Source: Vicugna vicugna (Eukaryota). From it: 64,000 bases of DNA. Made by a program: the position numbers and the translations under genes. Within the stretch, counting starts at the first letter, position 1. The number at the start of each line of letters is the position of its first letter. This document shows positions 1 through 13,253 of this stretch, piece by piece. Where the stretch lies: positions 2,183,370 through 2,247,369 of the forward strand of contig MU057744.1 in assembly GCA_013265495.1 (NCBI GenBank), given 5' to 3'. The notes beneath the pieces are model-generated. The model was not told the DNA's origin. It searched no databases and saw only the letters and a list, made by a program, of their open reading frames with translations.

Positions 1-180
1 TTCTATTACAGGAGCTGGTCATTCAACTCCTTACTCATTATATATATATTTTATTTATTTATTTTTTGCCCACTACAAACAATGCTTCAAGGAGTATTTT
101 CCATGCTGTTTCTTGTTCATTGGTGTTTTAGCTTTATAGGAGAGATTTCTTTCTTTCTTTTTTTTTTTTTGTCCATTAGA

Positions 181-470
181 TTTTTTTTAATTGAAGTATA
201 ATCAGGTATAATCTGTCAATTTCTGGTGTACAGCATGCTGTCCCATACATATATTTGTTTTCATATTCTTTTTCATTGAAGGTTATTACAAGGTATTGAA
301 TATAGCTCCCTGTGCTGTACAGAAAAAAAACTGGTTTTTATCCATCTTTATATATAGTGTTTAACATTTGCAAATCCAAACTCCCAGATTTATCCCTTCC
401 CACCCCCTTTCCCTGGTAACCATAAGATTGCTTACTGTGTTTGCGAGCCTGTTCCTGTTTTGTAGATGAG
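181..470 (-). mobile_element. Young L1 3' end fragment
   Basis: T-run followed by 'ttgaagtata...gtcaatttctggtgtacagca...ttgtagatgag'; near-identical to copies at 53.7 kb and 63.2 kb. Confidence 0.9.
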
Positions 471-989
471 AACAGTCCGAGATAGATTTTGAAGGTTTCT
501 GTCCACTTAGAAGTCGGTGTGCATTTTTCGCTTTATGGGCTTAGCTGGAATAGCTTATAGCTGAACCTCTCATTTCCTTCTGTTAATTAATCATGACACA
601 GATTGGCACTTTATGGGTCTTAACTTCGATCATTAAAAACCGCTGCTCACAGGCTAGATCCAACTTTGTGTCTTATACGCAGATGTTTTCTGAATTTTGG
701 GCTCCCACTTGTCCATTCGCTAGTGATGACCTCAATGTCCCTGATGCCAAAAGCCTCAGACTCAGCCTGCCCAAAGCTGACATTAATGTTGGCCCGCCAG
801 CAAAAACCCATTCCTTCTTCTGAATCGTCTGTTTCCGTTGTAACTTAGCACCAGAGTGCATCCGTTCACCCAAACCTGATTCCAGGAAGTTATCTCTTTC
901 TCTTCAGAGCCTCTCACCCTTTATGTCAAGTCAATCAGAAAAAAAATTCTCTCAATTCTTGTTTGTTAAAAAAAAATAGGAAACACAAA

Positions 990-1340
990 ACACTCATTGT
1001 TTCCAAAGCTCCATGGCACCTTTGTCCAAGGCCTCATCTTCTCTTCCTGATGTTACTGTAACGGCTTCTCATTTAGCAAACTTTCTCTGGTACCGTTTGT
1101 CCTCAAAACCATTCTCCACACTGCTGCCAGGCAGACCTTTCTGAAATGTGAGTCTGATCCCTGATTCCCTTGCTTAAAATTCCTTAACAGCGCTCCACTG
1201 CTGCCAGGACCAGCACAAACCTGCATGACGTGTCGACCTGCCGTCTACCTGTCCGGTCTCGTTGCCCCCTTCTCCTTGGGACACTCCAGTCACACCGAGT
1301 TCCTGAAAGGCTGTATCCAGCAGGCTGTGCGTGTCAGCAC
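990..1340 (+). mobile_element. L2 fragment; likely continues at about 2450-2575 beyond nested LTR insertions
   Basis: 'ccattctccacactgctgccag...ctttctgaaatgtgagtctgatc...ttgcttaaaattcctt' is the typical L2 3' region. Confidence 0.7.
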
Positions 1341-1679
1341 TTTGCACATCCTGCCTCCATCACTGGGACCACCTTTATCCCCTTCTTCATCCTTCCCTCT
1401 CCCTGAACCTGATTAACGTGCTGTGGGCGGTGTTTGAGGATTTCAGGGATAAGCATGGACAAGGACAGGGCCTGGACGCTGTCCTCGTAAGCTTTATGTC
1501 GACAGGTGTGCTTACGGGGACACACCTCACGGCGGGAGACGTCTGGTGTGGGGGCTGGCTTTAAGGGGGAGGGGCTCAGAGAGGGCTTGAGCATCCAGAC
1601 AGTGTGCTCAGCAGCCCGGCAAGGACTCGCCTGGGGAGACAGTGAAGGAGGGGGAAACAGACTAACAAACTGGCTTCCC

Positions 1680-2149
1680 TGACGCTAGAACTGCCGGTTC
1701 ACTCTGACGAGGAAATCCTGCACCTCGCTTTTCGTCCCTTATGGCTTTTGTGCCAAACAGCTTCCCCTCCCTGTACATTCTTTACGGAGAACAGCTTTGA
1801 CCCAGAGGCCGTGCTCCAGGAAGGAGGTAATGAACCGATAGTCTCAGCAGACGGGCAGACCCTCCGGAGTTCCTCAAGGACGCCAGGAGGATTCATCAAG
1901 GTTAATGGGAACATAGCAGCACTCTGTAAAGCACCCTGGTGGTCACCACCTTTTCTGTCCCATCCAGTTTTTCTATAAAACCTCGAGACCCCAACCTCAA
2001 GAAGGATTCGCAGTCTCTCAGGCATTATCCTGCTGGGACCCCCCTTTTGCCCAGCAAAGCAATAATGCTGTTCTTTCCTGATTCTCCCAAAACTCTGCCT
2101 CCAAATCTGAATCTGGCTATTGTGACTTAGAGGCTGGTTTTGTGGCAAC
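1680..2149 (+). mobile_element. Solo ERV1-type LTR
   Basis: Starts TG; TATA-like 'ctataaaa' near 1973; poly(A)-like 'gcaataat' near 2060; ends 'ggttttgtggcaac'; flanks ttccc/ctccc resemble a TSD. Confidence 0.65.
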
Positions 2150-2734
2150 GTCTCCCAGGGGAAACAGCCACTTGGTGTACTTTTGTCATCTTGTGGTTTT
2201 GTCTTTTCTTTGGCTAGCTGGCGTTGGGTGCAGTTTTGCAGGGTATGCGAAGCAAAGAGATTCTAAATGGCTAAAAACTTGCTTAATTGGGTGATATTTA
2301 AATTTGAGTTTGCCACTTGGGTTTTGAGCTAATGGGTCTCAGACTGCTCTAAAGAAATAAATAACTGAAGGCTAATGTGTAGGAACCATCACTTATGTAA
2401 CTGGTGCCTCTGTCATGGTGACAGTTTTATCCCACTGCACCATTATTAGTTGTTCATATATGAGTTCCTTGAGAGTAGAGGCGAGCTTTTATTTTTCCCA
2501 CTATGGACTTCATAGGAGCTCGAGTAGTGTGTGATACAAGGTGGGACACTGAAAAATGTCTGCTTCATGAATAACTATTCATATAGTATCCATGAGTTTT
2601 TTAAATTCATCCAGAAGTGTTCCTCCAACCAGGTGCCATAGGAAAGTCTCATTTACCTGGAGACATGCTATTTAAGCTAGATTTGGGTTCACACAGGACT
2701 TCGGCAGTCATTTAATTTCAATAACTAAAATCTT

Positions 2735-3305
2735 CATAGCCATGACATAGAAACAACCTAAATGTCCATCGACAGATGACTAAAGAAGTTGTGGTATATT
2801 TATACAATGGAATACTACTCAGCCATAAAAAAGAATAAAATAATGCCATTTGCAGCAACATGGATGGACATGGAGATTGTCATTCTAAGTGAAGCAAGCC
2901 AGAAAGAGGAAGAAAAATACCATATAATATCACTCATGTGTGGAATCCAAAAAAGAAAGAAAGTGAAAATGAGGATACTAATGAACTCATCTACAAAACG
3001 GAAATAGACTCGCAAACATAGAAAACAAACTTGGTTACCGGGGGAAGAAGGTGGGAAGGAGTAAATTGGGAGTTCGAGATTTGCAGATACTAGCCAATAT
3101 ACATAAAATAGATATATATAAAATACAAGTCCACACTGTATAGCACATGGAACTATATTCAGTGTCTTGTAGTAATTTATGGTGAAAAAGAACATGAAAA
3201 GGAATATATGTATGTTCATGAATGCAAACATTATGCTGTAACCAGAAATTGACACAACACTGTAAACTGTCTGTACTTCAATAAGAATTATATATACACA
3301 GAAAA
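2735..3305 (+). mobile_element. Young L1 3' end (ORF2 C-terminus plus 3'UTR)
   Basis: Translates to WYIYTMEYYSAIKKNKIMPFAATWMDMEIVILSE (L1 ORF2 C-terminus), then 3'UTR and A-rich tail. Confidence 0.95.
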
Positions 3306-3849
3306 ATAACTAAAACCTTCAAACTTGAAGTAAAAATAGTTCATTTTCAAAATACAACTTGCTTAATGAAACATCATCTTAAACTCAGAATATATACCAA
3401 TAGGCCAAGACACTTTATTCAGATGTCAGTCCTGCTATATTCCAGGAGAGAACTTTTGTTATTTCGTGGCTGCTTCCCTCGCAGTGTCAGAGACCAAGGC
3501 CAGAGTGAACCCGTGAGCGCTGGGCTGGGCCATTGATTCACGGAGGGTCTTAGCTGCATGGCTGAGCAGTCCCCTGTGGTATGCAGGTCTCACAAGTGCC
3601 TGCCTGGGGTCACTGAGATGGAAAGAACATTCAAGGCTAGAGAAGAAACGCATTATCTGCCCAGGAGTCCAGAGTCTTAAGGGGCACGAACAGTTTACAT
3701 CTGTATAAAAATCCGAACAAAGAGGATTCCATCGTGGATAGACAGAAGATATTTGAATTTGAAAATCCAACTCAACTGGATTCAGTGATTCAGAGAAATC
3801 AGAGGCTTGTCTAAGAGGCCACTGAAAAGGGCAGAAGTTGTGTAAATTT

Positions 3850-4300
3850 CAGGTGTGATCTGACTAAGGTTCCAGGTTTTATCTCTGACTCGTCCAGCGC
3901 CTCCCTTGTTCTTGTGTCATCCTTTCCGTGGGTAATTAGTTTTATTGACTCCTGTCTTCATGACCAGTGTCACCACACTCATAAGGGGAGTGAGCATGCA
4001 GGTCCCCAGTTTTTCAGAAAAAGCGTCACAATTTCCTCAGTGGATCAATTTAGGTCATACTGTCAACTCTAAACTTATTTTATTTTTTGTCTAGAGGAGT
4101 GGAATATTCTATTTGGCCTTGCCAGGTTAATGGGTTCCACATCAAGAAAATCTGTATTTCTCCTTTATGTTATGAAGCCCCCTATAAAAATCTTGATGGT
4201 GTGGGGGGATAGCTGAGGAAGGCAACCGGTGGTTCCTGCAGGAGAGAAGACAGAGAGTGGTCGAGTGACAGCTCAAACAAAAGAGCCCCAGTTCAGAGTA
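3850..4300. mobile_element. Possible old LTR (ERVL/MaLR class) remnant
   Basis: General resemblance to ancient LTR consensus sequences only. Confidence 0.3.
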
Positions 4301-6059
4301 GAAAATGTTTGTAGTTAGTCTCCAGTGTATTTGCGTAGTTCTTACCAGCATTCTAAATGACATTGCTCCCCAAGCGATGTATGCTCTCCATCTTTTATCT
4401 TGTTTATCACATTCATTTTCTAATCCCCTTTCAACGGGTGAAGTTAGATGCCATCTCAAGTCCAGTCTCGGCTCGGATTCCGGATTTGTGTTGTCTAACA
4501 GACAAGATCTGGCTTAATGTGACATGCTAGACACGTGATGGATGTAAGACTTAGGGAACGACTCATTGGGTATAAAATTTCTACTGCTGTCCAGTGAATG
4601 GTAATGGCCACCTCATCTCCAGATTTGAGTCTTCAGTTACTAAAGTTTTTATCACGAGTTAGACTTTTCCCTCTAAATCTGTAGCACTTGGTTTGTGATT
4701 TCTCTGTGCCCCCCGCCCTTTTCTCCTTCCCTCCTGTCTCCTACTAGAACGTGGTTTCCATCTGTCTTATCCAGGGGCGCATTTCCAGCCCTCAGTGCGA
4801 TGCCTGTCTGGGAGGAGACGCTCCGCGAGTCACTGCGTTACCCCTCACACTTTTCCACTGTGTGACCCCCTTGACCGTGGCCGTGTGGGTAGTGGACCAA
4901 GGCTCACTTGTAGGGGCTGCAGTTACACAACAGGGACCCTTGCTCACCGGAGGCACAGGGCTGAGACCAGCAGGGCAGTGCTCTTTGCATTTTTGTTTTA
5001 CCCACCTGAGTCCACCTTCACTGACAGTTACCACTATCAGCTCTGGAAAATGCAAAGGAATCCTTCCAAGGCGGGGGACTCTTAGGTGGAATGAAGGCAC
5101 AATGTAGCCCACCTTAGGTGTGAACAATGTAGGAAAAGAAACCCTCTCGGGAATTAGAAGTTTGCATCTGAATATCAGAAACTCTCACTGAGCTAAACAC
5201 TTCACTGAGCTCAATGTCAAAGGAAAAAACCCCCACAATTATACGATACTCTGAAAATAAGAAATAAAGCCAAGATTCGATCCCCCTGCTCTGTCCGATT
5301 CTTCTGTTCTGTCTGTATTAGTCCCGCCACAGTTCGTTTCACCATTTTCCTGGAACAAATAGACGTGAAATCGCTCTCAGCAGCCTCCTGACCCTGTTCA
5401 GCAGACGAGCACTGAGGAAAATGGGGCCTTGGCTTCTGCGTGAAACGAGCTTAGCGTGTTTGTGCTGTGGCAGTTCTAAGAGGATGTGCCAGTCTTTACT
5501 GAATGAAAACGAGGATCATGAATAATGTTCAAATTTTCAGAACAGACTGGTGTCGACAGAGGCAGCTTGATGACACGTACTTTCGATACTCCGTACGTAG
5601 CCCTGTATTTTTTGTATCTCTTGGGATAGTGGAAAATAAAATTTTCCTTTCTGAAACATCTATCTTTTTTTAATAATGGCAAGGGAAAACTAAATTCCTC
5701 AGATACACGAGTATAAATTTGATAGAAGTAAAATATTTGGGTTGGGAAGTTTACGAGCCACTGATAAGGTATTTTAGGTGTTCTGCCTGAAAGGAGTAAG
5801 ATGATGAAATAAAAATTCTCTCCATGTAATAAATTAAGAGAAAGAAAGGAAGAATTTCCCTGAATAGTTCTAACACAAGCCACATACACTAGTTTGAACT
5901 GGAATATAGAATTGTATTTACTAATGAAAAAGTCACATTATAAATCTCTTTTCCCTTTACTGTCCTGTATGCTTAGAACTTAGCCGCAGTAATGCCATCA
6001 TACTTACCCCGCAGTAATACGGGAATAAGTATAACAAATTGTATTTGTAGAGTGGATTA

Positions 6060-6230
6060 CAAGGATTACAGTTTCAGTCTTTTTTGGTCCTCCCAGCCCC
6101 TGGCAGCGCAGATAATATTATCCTCTTATTACATAAACGTGATTGACGATGGGAGACGGTAAAACACGAGCCTGAAATGACACAGATGTGAATCTGGGAC
6201 CATCGAGGGCAGGGTTTCTTTCCCCACTAA
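6060..6230 (-). mobile_element. MIR SINE fragment
   Basis: 'attatcctcttattacata...gacacagatgtgaatc' resembles a degraded MIR core. Confidence 0.5.
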
Positions 6231-6619
6231 CTGAAGTGTTGCCTTCCATCCTGGGTGAAGTCACAGGCATCAGGAGTAGCCTGGGAGCCCCGACTGCCCG
6301 GTCCCCCTCCGCCTGCTGTGCGGGCCCCTCCGTGACGTCTCTGCTTCAGTCCTGGTTGCCTCTCCTGCCTTCGTCCACTGCCTCCGCTCCTGGACACCAC
6401 TCCTGGCCGTCCGGCTGGATGTCCTCCGATGGCTGCAGCTGAGCCCCTGGGCCAGGTGCCACACACCGTGTTTTCTTTCATTCTGTATTTCCCACCACAA
6501 GGACTCCTTTCACGTTTGTCCTTGACCAAAAATAAGATGTCTCCATGATTTATATTTTTCATTCTAGGAAGCAGTAAATTACATCACAGCACGCATAAGG
6601 AAGGGGCTTGATTCAATGA

Positions 6620-6810
6620 GTAGAATTGTTAAATAAAACACAGGTTACCAGGTAAACTTGAATTTTGGTAAAACAGCAATTTTTTTTAGCTTAACTATAC
6701 CCTAAATATTGTATAAGGCATACTTAGCCTGACAAAATATTTATTGTTCATTTCATAATCAAATTTAACTGTTTCTCCTATGTTTATCTTTGCTAAATCT
6801 AACAACCCTC
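6620..6810. mobile_element. MER53 palindromic hAT-type MITE
   Basis: 'aaataaaacacagg...taaacttgaattt...aaatattg...catactta...aaatttaactg...tttgctaaatctaacaaccct' follows the self-complementary MER53 consensus. Confidence 0.8.
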
Positions 6811-8172
6811 ACTGAAAAAGAAATGTGACTCTTTTCCTAGTCACCTGGGATCTCATTTAAGAATTGAAATCCAGGAGGTTTCTACAGATAGGAGTGGAAC
6901 ATGTGAAGAATCCACAAGTGAATATTCACAAAAAGCAATTTACATGTCCAAAAAAAAAAATCTGCCCCCAATGCAGCACCTAATTCTTTCAGAACCGCCC
7001 CCGATCACACGTAGAGGCAGAATGCTGCCGGACAGATGGGACATTGGCCTGCTTTCCAGCATTAAACTGGGAGGGGAAGATGCTGGGCGCCTGAGCGTGT
7101 CTGCAGCACAGCAGCAGGGTGCTCTGTACCTCGGTAGATTCAGATGATAAACTCCTGCGATGCTTCCCCTGTTACCGGATTAATTTCAAAATGGCTGGAT
7201 GTGCTTAATATCATCTACTGACTTTTCACAAAGAAAATGGAAACATTATTGGTTGAGTTTCAGGCTACAGTCTATGAATCCAGTGTGTTCATGGGGTGCC
7301 TCTCACGTGCATGGCCTGAGTGGGTGTGGTGGGTGCAAGCTTGAGGTTTGCGACCGGAGCCTGTAATTTAGATGGAACACGTAACCCAAACAGTACAAAG
7401 CTTTTGTTAGCTTAGGTATCGGTAAATGCCTGAGGAGATCAGCATGTCTTTGCATGTTTTCTCTTTTGCCTTTTCAGTTGTTTGCACCTTCAGTTTTGTG
7501 TATTTGGGCTCTCCATTTCTGTCCTCTCTGCTGTAATTTTTGCTCTAATGCTGAAATAATTTCTTCACTTCTAGGTTAAGCTACTTGCTTCTCAATTGCA
7601 TTCTGCCTGTGCCTTATCGTGTGCCTCGGGGTGTTCGTTCTGTGTTTTCAGTTCTGGCTTTTATTTCTGTGATGGTTACTCTTTCACTTGTTCAGTCACG
7701 AGAGTTCCTCGTGAAGGTGAGGACTGACTTATGCTCACTCACTGAGCAAGTAAGTTACACTTACTCAGCCTATCTGTTGCTGCTGTGCTTAATAGATACT
7801 TTTATCCATCAGAAATCTGAAATACTGTACTTGTATCTATAATATATAAGTAAACTTATTAATTACCCAAATCACCGACTAGTGTTTCCTTGAGGGAGTT
7901 CATAGGTGTGACTTAACATGTTCTTGTTCCAAAATGTGGGAATACGATCATTTTACTTACTTATCATTATTTATGTTGTTTCCTTAAAGGAATATTGAAC
8001 AGACTGGAAAAAAAAAGCCACTTCTAACTTGGCAGTGATAGAACTCATTGCCATTAAATCCCAGACTGGGGAGACATATTAATGGAAATTTTAGTTCACA
8101 AATGACAAAAGCCAGAAAGTCTACTCATTATGACATTATCAGTTTTATCAGGGAAAAGTCATTAGCGCTAGT

Positions 8173-8565
8173 GTGTTAGTCAGGGTCCTCCAAAGACACA
8201 GAACCAAAAAACATAAACATATTTTATATATACATATATTTATGCTTAGATGTAAATATAATAAGTATAGATTTATTATATGAAATTGTAATGTGACTGG
8301 AGACCCAGGAATCAATGTTTCAGTTCATAAGCCATCAGACAGGAAGGATTCTCTCTCATTTGGGGGATGGACAGCCTTTTGTTTTGTATAGCCCTTCAAC
8401 TGATTGGACCAGGCCCACCCACATTCTGGTGAGCAATCTGTTTTATTCAGTGTATCTATTTAAATGTTAAACTTATCAAAAACACCCTCACCTAGGATAA
8501 GATTTGACCAAATATTAGGGAGTCCTGTGGCCCAGGCAACTTGGCACTTAAAATTAGCCTCTCAC
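8173..8565 (-). mobile_element. MLT2-family (ERVL) solo LTR
   Basis: 'tgtgttagtcagggtcctccaaagacacagaacc...cttcaactgattggaccaggcccacccacatt...aaaattagcctctcaca'. Confidence 0.85.
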
Positions 8566-9144
8566 ACCTTCCAGAGTCATTCAGAAATTCAGTAAAAATG
8601 GTCCCTGGAAATCTTTTCCTTTTGCTATGTGACTGCAGAACTCTAGTGTATTAGAAATATTCAGCTTAATTTTATGGAATTGTATTTGTTAAAAAATGAG
8701 CTAAAAATCAAAGCAGACAGTGGTAGGTCTTGCCAAATTAATCAACTAAAATGCCAAGAGAATTATTGGCTGTTTGTTTGTTTGTTTTCCTCACTTGTGG
8801 GTAGAACAGGCTACAAATTAGATAATGCTGGAGTGAAATTACCCATTCGACTATCTGAATATCAGAGCATAAACTGGGTTTAAACAGTGCAGTCTAATTG
8901 TGGATATGACACAATGATACTGAAAAAATACAGGGCATCTCTGTATTAGCCATGTTTTTATTTTCTGTCTTTTCTGATTCTTCGGCATCTGGGGACTGGG
9001 AGATTGCATCTCGCAGGGTTAGCCAGTGCCTAGAGACAGCAGACCGCTCCCGGGTGAGCGCAATTTTCACAAGCAAACTAACCAGTCCAAAGCCCTTGTC
9101 CCGCTTACCTCCTGTGTCGTACAGTGGACCTTGTTGTTTCTCTC

Positions 9145-9715
9145 TTTTATAAACAGTAGTTTGTACCTGCTAACCCCAGACTCCTGACTTATCCACCCCC
9201 CGCCTCCTCCCCTGTATTGATGCAACATAAATTTGTTTTCTGACGGGACTGTTTCTCTGCTGTCTCTTTCTGATGGTCCTTATTAGTGTTTAGAAAAGCA
9301 ACATCTTTCTGTGTATTAATGTATCTTACAACCTTACCAAATTCATTTATTAGTTCTAATAGTTTTTGGTGGAGAGTTTAGTAAATCCTTTTAGCTTTTG
9401 TCTGGGAAGCTCTTTACTCTCCTTCAATTCTGAATGACTTGAACATTGCCGGGGACAGCCTTCCTGGTTTAGGTTTTTCCCTTTCAGCGCTTGAGTATAT
9501 CGTGCGAGTCTCTTCTGTCTGGCTTGGAAAATTTCTGCTGAAATGCCAGCTGAGCGTCTTATTCGAGTTTCCTTGCATATAACTGTTGTTTTTCCCTTGC
9601 TGATCTGAATATTCTGCTTGTATTTAACTGTTGCTGTTTTAATTATAATGTATCTTGGTGTGGGTCTCTGGGCTCATCCCATTTGGAACTCCTTGCTTCC
9701 TGGACTGGAGGCGCA
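9145..9715 (-). mobile_element. Composite of L1 fragments (young 3'UTR piece plus old L1M)
   Basis: 'ttcatttattagttctaatagtttttggtggag' and 'ttttaattataatgtatcttggtgtgggtctc' are L1 antisense motifs. Confidence 0.7.
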
Positions 9716-10863
9716 CTCTTAGGTCTACTGGACTTAATGGCACAGCACTGAAAGGCGTGCTTGCATGGACGCACCCACACTAAGCTCGGGGCCTAACACA
9801 TGCTTCCTCGTGTATTTGTTTAAAACCATTTCCTACACAACCAGGGGCTCTGAAAAGCATCAGATATTTATAGGTTGTTTTCATGCAATTCCAAATCATC
9901 TTGATTTAGAAAAGTAAAAAAAAAAATCAGTTGACTGGGTTTCTGCTCTACATAATAACCGTGATATTCCATCCTTCACATTTCAAAATAGTTAGAGACT
10001 TAAAGGCATGAAAGGGAAATCAGATAGCTCTAATCCTTTCTCTGCCATTTTGAAAATATCTCTGCCTTTACGTGATACACTTGTAACAGGCTTCTTTCAT
10101 ATTTCTGCAGTCTATAAAAACAATATTGTCATCTGTGGCACCTTAATAAAACTCTTACAATGGAAATAACCAGAACCTTCCCAACTTTCCGATTTGCAAA
10201 ACTTATCCCCTGAACGACAGAATAACCAACGCTGCTTCTAAAACGAGGAAGTCTCATAAAAATATGTTAAGTGTCTGTTTCTGCAACTGTAGTAATTGTG
10301 ACGGTTTCTAAATAAGACAGAGTCTGTCCTTCTCTCCCCTTAAAAGTAATATTTTAGAGTGAATTGGAAGAAACACATTTTCTCCATGACAGAAACAGAG
10401 AGAATTATCACCCCAACAGATGTATATTCATCTTGCCCTTCTCGCAGTCTGGGTGGCACTATTTATAGCTGGTGAAGAACAAAACTCTACTAATATTTTC
10501 TTACAACATAGAGCTGTCATTTCAAATACAGACGAGGTGACGAGCTTCGTGCTTTCTGCACTGCTTACTGATGTGTTTTCCCTCCTGTCAGCAGGCTTGT
10601 GGGTGGCTTGCAGGACCTGTCGCTGGGTGAGTGGTCCTCTGGGGGGCGCTCTCCACCCACCAAGGGGACTGAACACACTGAGGTCTCAGTTTCCCACCCC
10701 TCTGTCCAGGGAGAGGAAACCGACACTGCCTATAACAGGAGCCTTCTAAATAGGGCTGGTCACTTTCAGTGGGTGTATTTTACCTCCAACTCTACCCGAA
10801 ACCCCAAAGCACCGTCACACTGGAAAACCATTCACGGCTCATGTTACCGTGTGCTGTTTTCTT

Positions 10864-10932
10864 TTTCTTCCTTCCTTCCTTCCTTCCTTCCTTCCTTCCT
10901 TCCTTCCTTCCTTCCTCCCTCCCTCCCTCCCT

Positions 10933-10996
<64 letters not shown>

Positions 10997-11005
10997 CTTT
11001 CTTTC
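10864..11005. repeat. Compound polypyrimidine microsatellite (CTTC)n(CCCT)n(CT)n(CTTT)n at the L1 poly(A) position
   Basis: Directly visible, between the left TSD and the L1 3' end. Confidence 0.97.
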
Positions 11006-11850
11006 TATAGTCAATCTACAACATTGTGTCAATTTCCAGTGTAGAACACAGTTTTTCAGTTATGCATGAACATAAATATATTCATGGTCCCATACTTTTC
11101 ACTGTGAGCTACCACAAGATCTTGTATACATTTCCCTGTGCTATACAGTATTATCTTGTTTGTCTATTCTACATATGCCTGTCAGTATCTACAAATTTCA
11201 AACTCCCAGTCTGTCCCTTCCCACCCCCCTCCCCCTTGGCAACCACAAGTTTGTATTTTATGTCTAGTTGCTGGCAAATGCTGCTCTGTTGTCATTTTTT
11301 AAGGCTGAATAGTATTCCATTGCATAAATATACCACATCTTCTCTATCCAGTCATCTGTTGATGGACATTTAGGCTGTTTCCATGTCTTGGCTATTGTAA
11401 ATAGTGCTGCTATGAACATTGGGGTGCAGGTGTCTTTTTGAAGTAGGTTCCTTCTGGATATAAGCCCAGGAGTGGGATTCCTGGGTCATATGGTAAGCCT
11501 ATTCCTAGTCTCTTGAGGAATCTCCATACTGTTTTTCACAGTGGCTGCACCAAACTGCATTCCCACCAGCAGTGTAGAGGGTTCCCTTTTCTCCACAGCC
11601 TGTCCAGCATTTGTCATTTGTGGACTTTTGAATGATGGCCATTCTGACTGGTGTGAGGTGATACCTCATTGTAGTTTTGATTTGCATTTCTCTGATAATT
11701 AGTGATATTGAGCAATTTTTCATGTGCCTATTGATCATTTGTATGTCTTCCTTGGAGAATTGCTTGTTTAGGTCTTCTGCCCATTTTTGGATTGGGTTGT
11801 TTGTTTTTTTCTTATTAAGTTGCATGAGCTGATTATATATTCTGGAGATC
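11005..11850 (-). mobile_element. Young L1, non-inverted 3' segment of a 5'-inverted insertion
   Basis: ORF 11505-11852 ([21 protein letters not shown]...[10 protein letters not shown]) is the L1 ORF2 C-terminal domain; 3'UTR has an internal deletion near 11262. Confidence 0.95.
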
Positions 11851-13253
11851 AATGTAATACATCACATCAACAAGAGAAAGGACAAAAACCACAGGATCAT
11901 CTCAATCGATGCAGAAAAAGCATTTGATAAAATTTAACACCCATTTATGATAAAAACTCTCACCAAAGTGTGTATAGACAGAACATATCTCAACATAATA
12001 AAAGCTATAGATGTCAAACCTACAGCCAGCATAGTACTCAATGGTGAAAAACTCAAAAGCTTCCCACTAAAATCTGAGACAAGACAGGGCTGCCCACTCT
12101 CACCACTCCTATTCAACATAGTCTTGGAAGTCCTAGCCACAGCAATCAAGTAAGAGAGAGAAATAAAAGGGATCCAAATTGGAAAAGAAGAGGTAAAAGT
12201 GTCACTATATGTAGCTGACATGATGCTATATATAGTAAACCCTAAAAGATCCACACAAAAACAACTAGAAATAATCAAAGAATTCAGCAAGGCAGCAGGT
12301 TACAAGATTAACGTACAAAAATCAGTTGCATTTCTTTACACTAATCATGAATCAACAGGAAAAGAAAGTAAAGAAACAATCCCCTTTAAAATAGCACCCA
12401 AAGTAAGAAAATACCTAGGAATAAATCTAACCAAGGAGGTGAAAGACTTATACATCGAGAACTATAAAACATTGATTAAGGAGATTTAAGAAGACTTTAA
12501 AAAATGGAAAGATATCCCATGCTCCTGGATTGGAAGAATCAATATTGTTAATATGGTCACACTGCACAAGGCAATCTACAGATTCAATGCAAATTACCCA
12601 GGACATATTTCACAGAACTAAAACAAATCATAATAAAATTTATATGGAACCACAAAAGACCCAGAATTGCCAAAGCATTACTGAAGAAAAAGAAAAAGGC
12701 TGGAGGAATAACTCTCCCAGCCTTCAGACAATACTACAGAGCTACGGTCATCAAGACAGCATGGTATTGGTACAAAAACAGACACATAGACCAATGGAAC
12801 AGAATAGAGAGCCCAGAAATGAACCCACAAACTTTTGGTCAATTAATCTTTGACAAAAGAGGCAAGAATACACAATGGAATAAAGACAGTCTCTTCAGCA
12901 AATGGTGTTGGGAAAACTGGACAGCAGCATGTAAATCATTGAAGCTTCTACACTCCCTCACACCATATACAAAAATAAACTCAAAATGGATCAAAGACTT
13001 AAACATAAGACAAGATACAATAAACCTCCTAGAAGAAAACATAGGCAAAACATCTCACGTACATCTCAGCAATGTTCTCCTAGGGCAGTCTACTCAAGCA
13101 ATAGAAATAAAAGCAAGAATAAACAAATGGGACCTAATGAAACTTACAAGCTTCTGCACAGCAAAGGAAACCATAAGCAAAACAAAACGACAACCTACGA
13201 AATGGGAGAAAACTTTTGCAAATGAAACCGACAAAGGCTTGATCTCCAGAACA
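11851..13253 (+). mobile_element. Young L1, inverted ORF2 segment (reverse transcriptase region; disrupted)
   Basis: [30 protein letters not shown] (YADD region), [26 protein letters not shown]; contains stops and frameshifts; TSD gttaccgtgtgctgttttctt at 10843-10863 and 13278-13298. Confidence 0.97.

Noticed and set aside
10599..11069. ORFs with LPSF repeats
   Set aside because: Microsatellite translation
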